A DNA stretch of 62,812 nt, filler included, from Vannella sp. (taxonomy: Eukaryota): NCBI GenBank assembly GCA_023345925.1. It is 7 parts of 7 records of this genome, joined end to end, with 100 filler letters (N's around TTAATTAATTAA, not from the genome) between each part and the next. Parts side by side here need not be neighbours in the genome. Positions count along the whole stretch, not along the records: positions 7,787 to 20,568 come from JAJQQN010000908.1; positions 20,669 to 30,247 come from JAJQQN010001055.1; 5 more parts are not named here. One strand, 5' to 3'. A model generated the notes under the pieces. The model was not told the DNA's origin, searched no databases, and worked only from the letters and a program-made list of their open reading frames with translations. Positions 11,591-23,269 of this stretch are shown piece after piece. The translations under genes and the position numbers were made by a program. Numbering within the stretch: the first letter of the stretch is position 1; the number at the start of each line of letters is the position of its first letter.

Positions 11591-14500
11591 ATGGGCAGGA
11601 AAAGACATTTCACTTTCATGTCCCCTCTCCTTCAGCAAGCGAGGCAGTGCAGGGTTCTGCTGAAGAAGAACCTTTGGCTTTATGTGTGTATCTGAACAGC
11701 TAGTGGATTCCCCTTCTCATTGGCGCTATCAGACAAAGGATTGGCGAACTACGCTTCTGGCTCTTCTCTCTCCTGTTGCTTTCGTCGTCCTGCTTTGCGT
11801 CCTGCAGCAAGTATATGAGAGGGAGATGAACCGCTTGGGTTCCTTTCCAACAGCTGAGCCAGTGGGGCACATCCCTCGCTGCCAAGTGAGTGGTCATTGG
11901 CTAGGTCTTCTTGTTAGCTGATGTTCAAGCAGCCCTGGGGAAAGAAACCATGCTGGACCCTTCTCTACACATCAGAAGAGGTTAACAACACACTCTCAGG
12001 GCACCTCCTCTCCTTCCCTCATAGATTATCCCCAATCATAACCGACTTCACTAATATGGTGAGTGGGACAGGAGCGAGCCACTCTAGCGGGTATCTGACA
12101 TGATACAGAGGTGCCCCGGGAATCTAAGTCGTGAAGTACCCATCGAGGAATGTCCGGGAGCTCCAGAGGAGTTCCATTCGGGGGGTCCCGAATCATTTGG
12201 CAATCTTACTGCTGCCGCAGAGATCATGCGCACTGTGGGGAGGAGGAATGTCCCTCTACTACTCCCTGGATCCTCTCACTTGGTCAATGATGGAGACTAT
12301 GCTTCGGTACCAAGTGAGTAAGATAGTGAGTTCGGAACGTCTCCCCTCACCTTTCATGGCAGCTCCCGGGATCTTAATGAGCTATTTACTGGATCACGAG
12401 AATCAGACTCAAAATGCTGTAGTGTTCCAAACCTACCAGGGGCAGGTGCTGGGCTATACTGTCCTCTACAATTCATCTCGAACCTCTGAAAGGCTCATTC
12501 CATCCATCATTCGGGCCCTGGACCAGGCTATGCACTCTCTTGATCCAGACACATTTACAGATATGGAAAGCGAGATATCCTCCATGGGATACCCCAAAAG
12601 CAAGCCAAGGTTCCTCTCGAGTAGCAGTAAGTGACTTATCTTTCTGTGAGTTGTATTGTTGACCAGTCGGTTGGACTAGTTATTCAAATGGCTGGCCCAG
12701 TGTTCTTCTTCTGCCCTCCAATGTTGATTTTCATCCTTCTCCTCAATCAGATTGTTAGAGAGAAAGAGTTGCGCCTTCGACAAGGCATGAACATTATGGG
12801 GCTATCCGATTCAATGTTCTGGCTCTCTTGGTTTATCACTGCTGAGATATTGGCTTGCATCTCAACTGCTCTTATTGTTGGCGTCGGGTGGATTGTCCAA
12901 TTGGGTAGCTATTTCCTTTGTCTGGCTTTTGGAGTGTTCAAGCTGACTTTTGGGTACAGACTACTTTACGAATGTCTCTCTTGGATGTAATATTATCGCA
13001 TTTCTTCTCTTTTCTACAGCAATGATACCACTGATCTTCATCTGCTCCACTCTTGTGTCAACAACAAAGCAGGCTAGCCTATTGGGATTCTTTATCTTCC
13101 TGTCTGGGTTATTCATGCAACTTATCTTCACGAATGGTAATACTGTCTCCTTGGAATGTTTCTGTTCTTCTAACAACCCGATTAGTGGCGATTTACTATT
13201 GGTTTAGTCCTGATGCTCCTCCAATCTGGCTTCGATTGTTCAACTTGTACCCGCCCTTTCACTTTGCCAAATGCTGTGCTGATTTCATTCTTCTCGCATA
13301 TCCTACTTATTCCCTGGAATCCAACAAATACTATCCCGGAACTGGCTATCATTGGGCGGATCTGATTGAGCCAGTTTACGTTCCAATGCTGAATATCTCT
13401 GTCCAGCCCACGATATACAGCTTTGCGTACCTAGCAGGAAACACAGTCCTCTTATCTCTGATTGCTTGGTAAGCTGCCGAAGACCTTCTCCATTATCTAA
13501 CAAATCCAAAGGTATCTTGATAATGTGATACCGAGTGCGAATGGAGCTTGCTTGCCCTTCTACTTCTTCCTCTTACCAAGTTATTGGGATATTCAAGTCT
13601 ACGGCAAGGGGATGGATTGGTCCCAATCAGGCGACACCGAGATGGTGGATTTGGGGCCATCTCACAATTCCGAGGGAGAGGCAAGCACAGTTCCTTCTCC
13701 AGAAAAGGGGCCAATTGGCTTAGATGTCAGAAACATTGAGAAGGTATACAGTAGATCCTGGTGGTGGCCCATCTCCAAAGGAGACAAGCGTGCAGTATCC
13801 AATTTGAGCCTTCGACTGAACACAGGGACGATCTTTTGTATCCTTGGACATAACGGAGCTGGGAAAACCACTCTTATTAACATGCTGACTGGCGTGCATC
13901 TGCCTACGTCTGGAACAGCAAAGATTTTTGGCTTAGACCTGCTTAATGACCGAGAGCTGATCCAACCGCTGATGGGTGTATGCCCCCAACATGATATTTT
14001 GTGGGAGGAATTAAGCGCCTGGCAGCACTTGGAGATCTTTGCAGACTTGAAAGGAGTGTCCGATTCGGAGCGGAAAGACACGATAATCCAGAAGCTCCAG
14101 GAAGTCAATTTACTTAAGGTGAGAGCTCCTTTCGTCCTTTGTCGGAAAAATGACGACCCGCAGGTGGCAAGGAACCGTGTGAGTACCTTCAGTGGAGGAA
14201 TGAAGAGGCGCCTTTCTGTAGCAATATGTTCGATATGTGATCCGCACATTCTCTTCTTTGATGAGCCAGTAGGTGATGAAAGAGGCTGGCTTTATACTAA
14301 GACAGCTAGACAACGGGGTTGGATCCTGTTAGCAAGAGGGGGGTTTGGGAACTTATCAAGAAGTTGAGGGAGAACAGAATCGTCATCCTCACCACGCATT
14401 CCATGGATGAAGCAGAATATTTAGCAGATAGCATTGGAGTGATGAGCAGGGGATCTTTACTTGCTTCTGGAACATCAATCGCGCTTCGAAATAGGTTTGG

Positions 14501-14894
14501 GAATGGCTACAAACTCACTCTAATTACGAAGCCGCATTCTTCATCACAAATGAAAGCGCTTGTGGAGTCAAAATTCCCTGAGGCGCTGCTCGTCACTTCC
14601 AATGCTGGAAGTCTTTCCTACACAGTACCTCAATCAAGCTTAGGGAGGATGTCACACTTCTTTCAGCACATCCAAGAATCTCCAAACGCCAGAGGGCTTT
14701 TGCAAGATTGGGGCTTACTGCATTCGAGTAAGCCTGGGGTGATAATTCAGTCCATTTTCAAACTAACTGGGCGGGAAGCTTTGGAAGAGGTCTTCCACAA
14801 CATAACTCAACTAAGTGAGGAAGACTCGTGCCTCCTTCAATCTGGGGAATTGCTTCAGCTGGAGGAAGAGGAAGATGCATTGGAGTTGGATTAA
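11591..14894 (+). CDS. ABCA-subfamily half transporter, multi-exon
   Basis: N-terminal LLKKNL, IVREKELRLRQGMNIMGL, Walker A GHNGAGKTT, signature FSGGMKRRLS, DEP/TTGLDP across an intron, TTHSMDEA. Confidence 0.93.
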
Positions 14895-14992
14895 TAAATA
14901 ACCCCATTTGCTCACCCTTCCAGTTCTTTCTTTGAGAGCAGCTGGTATCCTGATATCACTCAACAAAGGTCGAAGCTGCGCCCGGCCTTCGA

Positions 14993-15087
14993 AAATGTTG
15001 AAATGAATTTTGCTCCAACCAAATGAAAATTCAAGCCCTATTGTATATTTGAATGATCGTTTGCAGCAAATGTTGAAATGAATTTTG
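14993..15087 (+). repeat. 20-bp perfect direct repeat AAATGTTGAAATGAATTTTG (14993-15012, 15068-15087)
   Basis: Seen directly, in the intergenic region upstream of orphan copy 3. Confidence 0.85.
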
Positions 15088-15215
15088 GGTGGCGAAACTC
15101 CCAATTGGGACATTTTGAGCAAAGTTTGAACCACTTTCGGGTCTGATTGCCGATTGGGGATGGTTGGAATCACTTCTACGAAGGAGTAGGCTGTTGGCTC
15201 TCTTCTGGCTCTCAT

Positions 15216-15779
15216 ATGTTCCCGACAAAAGGTCTCACTCCGTCTCAAGCTTCTGCAGTTCGAAAGTTTGAAACTCAGCTGAACCTTTGCTCTGCTCAAC
15301 CGTGGGTAGCGGAACCCTCTCACATTTCGTTCTGTTCAGGGGCCTCTTCTTTCGTACGGCTTATTCAAGTCAATGATCTCCAACCTGGTTGCTGGTGGAG
15401 TTCTCTTCACGTTGCTTCAACACTGAACCTCACCTCCGTAGACGGTCTCTTCGACATCACCTTATCTGAACTGACAAGCATTCACTCATTCGAAGCAGAG
15501 TTGCCGTTAAGAATGTGGATCGTGCAAGCTGCCGACTTGCTCCTCTCAGCGCGCTACTCCTTTGTTTGGTGCGAGAGGGGCCTTGATGGACCGTCAGGGA
15601 CCGTCTCCTCTGAGCATCTCCGGCTGTCTAATGTCCCCTTTGAGCGTCTCCAGTTCTCTAATGTCTCAAGTTGTCCTAACCCACTGCAGAGAAGCTCCCC
15701 AGAAGGATCAATATTCAACTGGGAGGAAACGAGTTCGGCGCATACCCCAGCGGTCTCTTCCCTCTTTAATTCGTTCTAA
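15216..15779 (+). CDS. Orphan family protein, copy 3 (187 aa, more diverged)
   Basis: Same motifs as copies 1 and 2 (LTPSQASAVRKFETQLNL, TSVDG, WCERG, EGSIFNWE). Confidence 0.78.
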   Translation: MFPTKGLTPSQASAVRKFETQLNLCSAQPWVAEPSHISFCSGASSFVRLIQVNDLQPGCWWSSLHVASTLNLTSVDGLFDITLSELTSIHSFEAELPLRMWIVQAADLLLSARYSFVWCERGLDGPSGTVSSEHLRLSNVPFERLQFSNVSSCPNPLQRSSPEGSIFNWEETSSAHTPAVSSLFNSF

Positions 15780-15940
15780 AAAAGAGTGCAAGTGTGTATT
15801 TTATCGGTTCTGTGCAGGCAGGGAGTTGTTGCCTTCAAGGTTGGTAATGATTGGGGAGAACAATCATTGTGGGATAAGATCGTGGGAGAGCAGGGCTTGG
15901 TATCCAATCATTTGGTCAATCCCGTTCCAGGCAGGCGCTC

Positions 15941-17091
15941 ATGTTTCGGTCCTCGAAGAAGAAGAAGAGCGGCAGCAAGGAAAGCCCTGTTGAGGCCCGC
16001 AGCGAGGGACAGAAGCTGCCTGTGGTGACTGTGCTGGTGATTGATTCGTTCGGCCGTGATTGGTGCCAGCCGGATGGTCCCTTTCCTGCTACCGTGGAGC
16101 TCCCTGTGATTGGGGGTGCTTCTGATGAGACTCAAACCTGCGCTGTTCGAGTGATTCAGGGTCAATGGAAGGACATGGTTGTCTCCACGGACTGCTGTTC
16201 CGCCACTTTGACATCCAGTGTGACGATCCACCTTGCTGCGCATCGGGACAGCAATCAGCCTGACCGAGACCCTTCTAAAGCTCGTGCGCAAGTGTCTCCG
16301 GATGTGGTTCTTGTTCGCCAGCTCGTGCGACAGCTCCCTGTGCGTCTCCATTTCCTTTCCTGCGTTTGTAAGGACTAATTTGTGCGCAGCCTGATAAGGA
16401 GGACTTCACTGCTGCGTTGTATGGCTTAGCTATGACAAACATACCTGCAATCAACTCCTTCCACTCATGTGTGAGGACTTTGGAGCGACCTCTTGTCTAC
16501 GCGGAACTTTGGGGGCTCCATCAGCGCATGGGAGCCGATTTCCCGATGTTACCATTGAGCTACCATAGCAACCAAGCAGGAATGATGTTCACACCTGATC
16601 CCCCGCTCGTCATTAAGGTGGGAAGTGCCGAAGCAGGTTATGGCAAGATCAAATGCGACAGCCGGGAGCAGTTACAGGATGTTCGATCCCTTATTGCACT
16701 TCACAGCGACTTTGTTACTGTCGAGCGTTACGTGGAAGGGCGCGAGTACGACATTCGCATTCAAGTGGTCGGAGAAAGACTCCGATCATTCCATCGCCGC
16801 AGTACTGTGGGTAGCTGGAAGGGCAATGTTGGCTCTTGCGCGCTGGAGGAGGTTGACATCTCACTCTACCCACAGTACACGAAATGGGCGGAAGCTGTGC
16901 GTCCTATTTGTGGGGGATTGGACATTTACACCGTCGATGCCATCCACTGCGATAACGGCAAGGAGCTCATTCTTGAGATCAACGACTCTGCTTCTGGGTT
17001 TTCTGCAGACAACATGAAAGAGGATATGGGCCACTGCGCCGAATTGACTTTGGAGAAACTCGCCAACGTCCGAAAGACCAAAACGGGCTAA
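15941..17091 (+). CDS. Synapsin-like ATP-grasp protein, 2 exons
   Basis: IPAINS, VIKVGSAEAGYGKIK, YDIRIQ, RRS..GSWKGNVG, GGLDI..VDAIH..G.E.ILEINDS follow the synapsin C domain; intron ~16340-16389. Confidence 0.85.
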
Positions 17092-17150
17092 ATACTCTGC
17101 CAGAGTGTCTGTGAATGCAGTAATTCATTGTTTATTCTCTTTCTCGCTGA

Positions 17151-19642
17151 TTAGGTGCGTTTGGTGGAACGGCGGACAATCTCTTGAAGGGAGGGAATGT
17201 CAGAGCTTTCCGCCAGAGTAGAGACATCACCAAGGTCTTCTTGAGACATCGCTATTTTCCGGAGCATTCGGCGCACAAGCTTCCCAGAGCGTGTCTTTGG
17301 GAGGTGCGGCACCACATAGAAGATGTCTGGGATAGCGATAGCGCCAATGTCCTTTCGAACCTACCAAGCGGTGAGGTTAGGAGACCCGTTGGGGGTCGAC
17401 TTACTTGGAGCTTCAGTTCTGCAATAGCTTCCTTTTCATTAGAATGTTCACGAAGCACACAAAAGGCAACAATGGCTTCTCTGAACCCAAAAGTGTCAAT
17501 TTGCATTCGATAAGTCCCTTCCTTCCTTCTCACCCTTTCACCTCGTCAGGAATCCCGACAATGGCTACTTCTGCACACAAATGGCTCCTCTAGCAAGAGA
17601 TTAAACCAATTAGAGTTGATAAGAAGGGAGTAGAGGCTTACCGAAAGTGCATTCTCGATCTCTGCGGTTCCAAGACGATGGCCAGCCTTATTAATGACAT
17701 CATCTACCCGTCCAGTAATCCACAAGTGATTGCTGTTGTCATACGCACACCCATCTCCAGTAAAGAAGAAGCCCGGATAGGGCTCAAAGTAAGTGGCCAT
17801 GTACCGAGAATGATCCCCCAAGATGGTACGGGCCATCCCAGGCCAAGGTTGCGAAAGACAAAGCACCCCACTTCCACCGACCAAAGGCTCATTTCCTTCC
17901 TTTTGAAGAGGATTGAATACAGCCGGTTTGATTCCAAAGAAGGGCAGCATTGTTGCCCCGGGCTTCATGTGATGAATACCGGGAAGCGGCGTTGAGAGAA
18001 CTCCTCCGCTTGAAATAGTGAGATTCTCTCTGACTCTCTATCTTACAGGTGCGTACGTTTCTGTTTGCCAGTAGGTGTCTACGACAGAGCATTTTGTACC
18101 TCCCACAACCCGGTGGTACCAATGCCAAGCCTGGGAAAGTGAGAAATTGGATTGGAGAAGAATGGGCTCAGTTACCTCTGCATTGAGAGGCTCTCCAACT
18201 GAGCCTAAGATCCGCAATGAAGACAAGTCATGTTTCTTGACTGGTTCGTCTCCGCTCCTTCAAAGCAAGTAAGTGGGGAGACTCAGAAAACCCGGTTTCT
18301 TACTTCATCAAGGTTCTGATGGCAGTAGGAGCTGTGTAGAAGCTGTTGATCTTGAGCCTCTCTACCATTTCCCTAATGCATTTGAGAGATAGTCGTAACG
18401 CTAACGCACTTTGTGGATGGCTCGTACCAGTATCGAGATGCGTTGGGATACGTTGGCAAACTCTCGAACATGACCGTAGTGGCACCGTTGGCCAATGGAC
18501 CATAAACAATGTAGGTATGCCCCGTAATCCATCCGATATCTGCCATGCACGCGTAGGTCTCTCCCACACGATAATCGAAGATACACTTGAAAGTGAATGT
18601 GGCGTACAGCAAGTAGCCAGCACAGGTATGGACCAGTCCCTTAGGCTTTCCCGTAGAGCCTGACGTGTAAAGAATGAAGAGAGGGTCTTCACTCTCCATG
18701 CGAGCGGGAGGACAGAAAGGTCTCTCCTTTGCCATTGCCTCACCAAGATCTCGGTCCCGGTCAGCATTCCAAGTGATCTTCGACCCCGTATGTCGGTGCA
18801 CAAAAACTCTTTGAACTAGTGCAGCAGAGGGATGTTGCAAGGCTTCATCAACGAGCTGCTTGAGGGGAATGTGCTTGCCCCCGCGCATTCCTTCATCAGA
18901 AGTGATCAGAACTTTCGCTTTAGCGTCAGCTAAGCGCTCATATAAGGCTGTCGAAGAGAAGCCTGCGAAGACAACAGAGTGCACAGCTCCAATTCGCGCG
19001 CAAGCAAGCATAGCGATCGCTGCCTCTGGAACCATGGGCATGTAGATACCAACGGTGTCCCCTTTCTTCACTCCCTCGGCCAGTAGAGAGTTGGAGAGTC
19101 TACAAACCTGTTTCTTGTTGAGTTCTCTTGTTTGAGATGGAGAACAGAAGCTCACCTGCTGCAGGAGTTCAGAATAAGTGAGGGAACGGCTGTTGCCAGG
19201 TTCATCCCCTTCCCAAAGGATGGCCACTCGCTCCGGATGATCTCTAGCGTGTCTGTCAAGACAGCTTTCGGTCACATTGAGCTGTCCCCCACTGAACCAG
19301 CGAACGTCGCCGCCCTGGAACGAGCTGACAATGAAAAGGATGAGGAGAGGGTTCCTTCGCCTAGCCTTTCACCTACCCTGCCAGAACCTCCTCGAACGGA
19401 CGTTGCCAATGGAGGAGTTCTCTGCCCTTCTACTCATGGACCATTAGCGCCTCTTCATCATCAGGGAGAGAACGAACCTGTCCCCAGAAAGTCTCCGGTT
19501 GGTTGACGCTCTCTGCGTACATCTCCTCGTAGTGCTGGTGGGACTGAACAAACGGTAGCTTGTCAAACTGAGGAGGAGCCACACTACACCATCGCGCCAC
19601 TCTGTGGAGCCCTCTAGATGGTCGCAAGAGAGAACGGAACAT
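17151..19642 (-). CDS. acsA: Acetyl-CoA synthetase, multi-exon, probable mitochondrial presequence
   Basis: [62 protein letters not shown]. Confidence 0.96.
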
Positions 19643-19789
19643 CACAAAAATGGTCCTTTTGGCATCCTGAAGGCCTTAGCAGACCAACTGAAGAAAGGGG
19701 AAACCATAAATTATCATTAAACAAGTGCCAGAGCTTGCCTGAAGCATGAGGAGGGAGCAAGAGGACTTTCACATTCTGTGAGAAAGGCT

Positions 19790-20497
19790 TTACGAGTCAG
19801 CAGATGCGGTTAGATCGCACATAGATAAGCTCTGAGTGTACGGAGCGATCCGTTTGTGGAAGAGGTCTTTTGCAGCGTCTAGGGAGGGCGCGAGGAGGAA
19901 GAAACCGTGATTTTTGCGGATGTAAATCTGTGTGGAGGGGTAAGGATGCTTGCAGAACAGAGACTCTAACGATTCCAGGTCCTCTCTAGTTGAGAAGAGC
20001 GTCTCCTCGCTCGAAATGGGAATCCCCAAACGCATGGCGGACTCCTCGTCGGCTAAAGCGTGTCCGTGAAGAGCCACTCGTGGCTGTTCCACCCATCCAT
20101 ATCTCTCAGAGGTCATGTGGAGACTGGACCAAAGCAAGGGGCTATCACTACTCGGGTGGTGTCCGCTGTAACTCGAGAATTCCGCCTTCCAAGCCTTCGC
20201 ATCGAAGTGGTGAAGAAGAACAAAGTCTTCGGGACCGCATCTGGCCCCTTTCTCTTTGCCACTGCGAGAAACAAACACTCCTGAGCGTTGTGAACTTATG
20301 AAGGCGCCATTCCCTGCTACTTTGCCGTCAGGGAGGAGTGGCGCAGCTCCGCAAGCCTCCATTTCCATCAGAAGGTCCCCAAACGCACTCAGTTCTCTGG
20401 TTAAGACTGGATCTTGTTGAGAATCCTTCAAATCCGATCGGAGAACGCTGTTGTACTTCACACGTCCCGCCCCGAAAGACAAAGACGCGGCTTCCAT
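19790..20497 (-). CDS. Class II aldolase/adducin-like domain protein
   Basis: GN..VSRSG.EK, PSSD, LHGH and NHG occur in the order expected for the class II aldolase fold. Confidence 0.65.
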   Translation of the reverse strand: MEAASLSFGAGRVKYNSVLRSDLKDSQQDPVLTRELSAFGDLLMEMEACGAAPLLPDGKVAGNGAFISSQRSGVFVSRSGKEKGARCGPEDFVLLHHFDAKAWKAEFSSYSGHHPSSDSPLLWSSLHMTSERYGWVEQPRVALHGHALADEESAMRLGIPISSEETLFSTREDLESLESLFCKHPYPSTQIYIRKNHGFFLLAPSLDAAKDLFHKRIAPYTQSLSMCDLTASADS

Positions 20498-20534
20498 CAG
20501 CACGGGAAAACTGATTTATGTGAGGAAAAACATG

Positions 20535-20568
20535 TGCATCCGCCGGGAATTGAACCCGGGTCACCCGC
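20535..20568 (-). tRNA. 3' half of a tRNA, probably tRNA-Gly, cut by the contig end
   Basis: Minus strand GCGGGTGACCCGGGTTCAATTCCCGGCGGATGCA gives a T-arm (CCGGG-TTCAATT-CCCGG) and acceptor 3' strand, followed by TTTTT; anticodon missing, so Gly is inferred from similarity to eukaryotic tRNA-Gly(GCC). Confidence 0.85.
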
Positions 20569-20680
20569 NNNNNNNNNNNNNNNNNNNNNNNNNNNNNNNN
20601 NNNNNNNNNNNNTTAATTAATTAANNNNNNNNNNNNNNNNNNNNNNNNNNNNNNNNNNNNNNNNNNNNATCTTTCGCATC

Positions 20681-20955
20681 GGTCCCAGTTGAATTTAGAA
20701 GCACTTTTCAACAGAGGCCAGGGGACGTGGTTGAGTGGAGCCGTGGATTCTCTCAAAGGTCAAGTGAACCAAAGTACCTCTAAATTCGATCGGGACCTTT
20801 ACCAATGAACTTTTTATGTGTTTTGGTCGAGGCACTTTTTGGGGCTCATTTGAACTTGGAAAAGTGGCCCTCTTAAATGCATATAAATCATCATTCGCAT
20901 TGTGCCAGTCGCACTTTTCAACGGAGGCAAGCGGACGTGGTTTAGTGAACTCTGT
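20681..20955. repeat. Dispersed repeat family A, composite copy with internal inverted repeat
   Basis: 20681-20707 and 20771-20797 form a 27-bp imperfect inverted repeat; the GCACTTTTCAAC..GGACGTGGTT.AGTG unit occurs at 20701 and 20911. Confidence 0.85.
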
Positions 20956-21223
20956 AGACCTTCAAAAAGGGCTCCAAAATCGGATTCCGAGTCTACAAAA
21001 GCTAAGATAGAAAAGTTCCACTGTAAGTCACCTGGGATGCATCCATGTCCTTATATCAGAAACAACAAAAGGAAGACAAAGTCAATGATGCAGGAAATAG
21101 GGAAGCACCCGAGTTCACTGATGTAGTAGAAGGTCAAAATAATCATCAAAATGGAGAGTGGAAGGGGAAGGGGTTTAAATGATTCGAAGCTTGGATCAAT
21201 GGGAGGAAAGGAGATTGACTAAA

Positions 21224-23140
21224 TCACTTGCGATCCCATCGTTTGGTGCGGTCCACAGCATCCCAGTCTGCTTGTGACTTTTCGTACTGGTTTGGAATCA
21301 AAAGGAAGTTTTCGTCGTCGTGATAGTCATTATACTTGGACTTGTGCAAGGTAGAGTAGAGCTTATCCACCCGCGAGTTCAAATTCACCCCGATGAGGTC
21401 GTAGGCACTGATGAGCGCCTCCTCCAGAGAGGCTAGCGAAGCTATAACACACGCATGCTTTGACAAGTTCACACAATCACTGAGGCTGTTCACCATGTTA
21501 CTGCCTTGGCACCTCTCAAAGTATGCAGCAATGTGCAAACCTCCGCCGCATCCGTAATATTCCAAGTTGCCTTTCAGCCAACTTGTCAGCTCGATGTAAT
21601 TGACGTTCATCGCAGATGCCATATACTTGTACATTGGTACGCGCATCCCATAAGGGAAGATCTCAATGAGGGTAGCTCGTGGTGTCATAAAAATGGCATT
21701 CGAGATTCCGGCACCGTGGACTATCACATAAACGTCTGCTTCGGATACATCAAGAACCTGCTTCTCAAATGGATCGTATTTTCCATAAGAGGGGACAATC
21801 GTGGGTGTGAGACCGTAATAACGCACCAAAGCGGCAAAGTCCTCATTATTGATCCAATTGCGACTTTTGTGGTACCCACGGATGTCGATTAATACCTTAC
21901 CAGAGTAAACAGGCTCTTTGGCACCTGCTGTGATTCCCTTAGGGGGAGGCAAAGGCAGCCCAAGAGAGTCGAAGATGCGTTCTCGATACCTTTGAGAAGA
22001 ATGCGAGCCACTAAAGAAGCGCGGCTTTTGTGACAAGACCACTGCGTTCCTTGTACAAAGTACGTTCTCGGACGACACAGTGACGTCGGAGTTCTTGCGC
22101 AAAGGTGGCTGGAAGTTCTTCAACATGGCTTCTGTGAAGGGAAAGTTGGTGTACTCTTCATGGATAGCGTAGATGCCACCATCTAGTGATGAGTACTCTA
22201 AGGACTTTGGTTTTAGCCACTTGTAGTTGAGGAACTGCGTGTGTGGCTGGACCATAGAGCGAAGAGTCTGCCGAGCCCAACCAGGGAAGATCATTGTGCG
22301 AGTGCGCATGAGTACGTAGTCCATGGAGGGCAACTTGGAGGCTTCTGGTAGTGTTTCATTAAGCATCTGAGCATCCCAAAGCCCAAAGGCCTCCATGGAA
22401 GCGTGCCAAAGGTTCTCCGTGTTCCGGTCAGACGGGGCAAAGTAGATCGAGCCTTCCATCACCTCGATCGTATTCGTGTTCTCCACAAGCGTCTTGGGGT
22501 TGATACGGCTTGGTTGGTGACCTCCATCGGCGTACATAGACATGAACGGGACGTAAGTAGACTTCGGAGGCGGGTAAGGGGACGGATCCCAGTACACCCA
22601 CTCGAATACAGTCGTTCTCTCACTGCCTTGGAGAGGCTGAGGTCCAAGTCCATCTCTACGTTCAGGATCAAGGAAGAGAATGTCTCGCCCGTCGAAGCAA
22701 ACGTTCTCGTACACGCAGATCTCCGAGAAGTCGTCGCGGATGTAGCAGCGATGAGTTGTCTTCCACTCAGTGATAGGAAGATCATGTTTCTTTGCTGGTG
22801 GCGGTGGGGGAGGATGAAGCAAAGGTCCACGCCGCGAACGCGGGGCTGAAGCGACTGCCAAAGGCAGCTCCTTCGGCTTCTGCTGCTCCAGTTGGCTCAC
22901 TTTAACTGGAATGGGGTTTGATACCTCCATGGCAGGGCTAGGGGCATCAGCAGGATGAGTAGGAACACCAATATTAGCCGGATCTCGACCAGCATCCCGC
23001 AAAGCCTTCTCCATCAGCCGCATCCGCTCCAAAGTACTCTCTAGATCAGGCTGTCTGTGCTTTGAGTACTGCATACCCCCAAACGCCGCCATCAACACAA
23101 GAAGCACCGCCACAAGGACAACTGAGGCCCGCACCGCCAT
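21224..23140 (-). CDS. Glycosyltransferase family 61 type II membrane protein
   Basis: N-terminal TM anchor, Pro-rich stem, NLWH, R.WIN, FEKQV..VS.ADV...VHGAGISNAIFM....LIEIFP. Confidence 0.88.
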   Translation of the reverse strand: MAVRASVVLVAVLLVLMAAFGGMQYSKHRQPDLESTLERMRLMEKALRDAGRDPANIGVPTHPADAPSPAMEVSNPIPVKVSQLEQQKPKELPLAVASAPRSRRGPLLHPPPPPPAKKHDLPITEWKTTHRCYIRDDFSEICVYENVCFDGRDILFLDPERRDGLGPQPLQGSERTTVFEWVYWDPSPYPPPKSTYVPFMSMYADGGHQPSRINPKTLVENTNTIEVMEGSIYFAPSDRNTENLWHASMEAFGLWDAQMLNETLPEASKLPSMDYVLMRTRTMIFPGWARQTLRSMVQPHTQFLNYKWLKPKSLEYSSLDGGIYAIHEEYTNFPFTEAMLKNFQPPLRKNSDVTVSSENVLCTRNAVVLSQKPRFFSGSHSSQRYRERIFDSLGLPLPPPKGITAGAKEPVYSGKVLIDIRGYHKSRNWINNEDFAALVRYYGLTPTIVPSYGKYDPFEKQVLDVSEADVYVIVHGAGISNAIFMTPRATLIEIFPYGMRVPMYKYMASAMNVNYIELTSWLKGNLEYYGCGGGLHIAAYFERCQGSNMVNSLSDCVNLSKHACVIASLASLEEALISAYDLIGVNLNSRVDKLYSTLHKSKYNDYHDDENFLLIPNQYEKSQADWDAVDRTKRWDRK

Positions 23141-23182
23141 CTCCTCGCAACCAAAAGCGTCTGAGCTCCCACCAAGGATGGA

Positions 23183-23231
23183 CAGCCAATCACATCAGCC
23201 GAAAGACATTTCCTGCTCCGCTGATTGGCTG
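23183..23231. promoter_or_regulatory. Inverted pair of CCAAT boxes upstream of the GT61 gene
   Basis: CAGCCAATCA (23183-23192) and TGATTGGCTG (23222-23231) are a perfect 10-bp inverted repeat. Confidence 0.45.
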
Positions 23232-23269
23232 AAAAAGCCGTGAGTGATCTGGTTGTTTGGACTTTTCGT

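Noticed and set aside
11591..19642. Fragmented ORFs suggesting pseudogenes, frameshifting or a variant genetic code
   Set aside because: The breaks examined are explained by short GT-AG introns that restore conserved motifs
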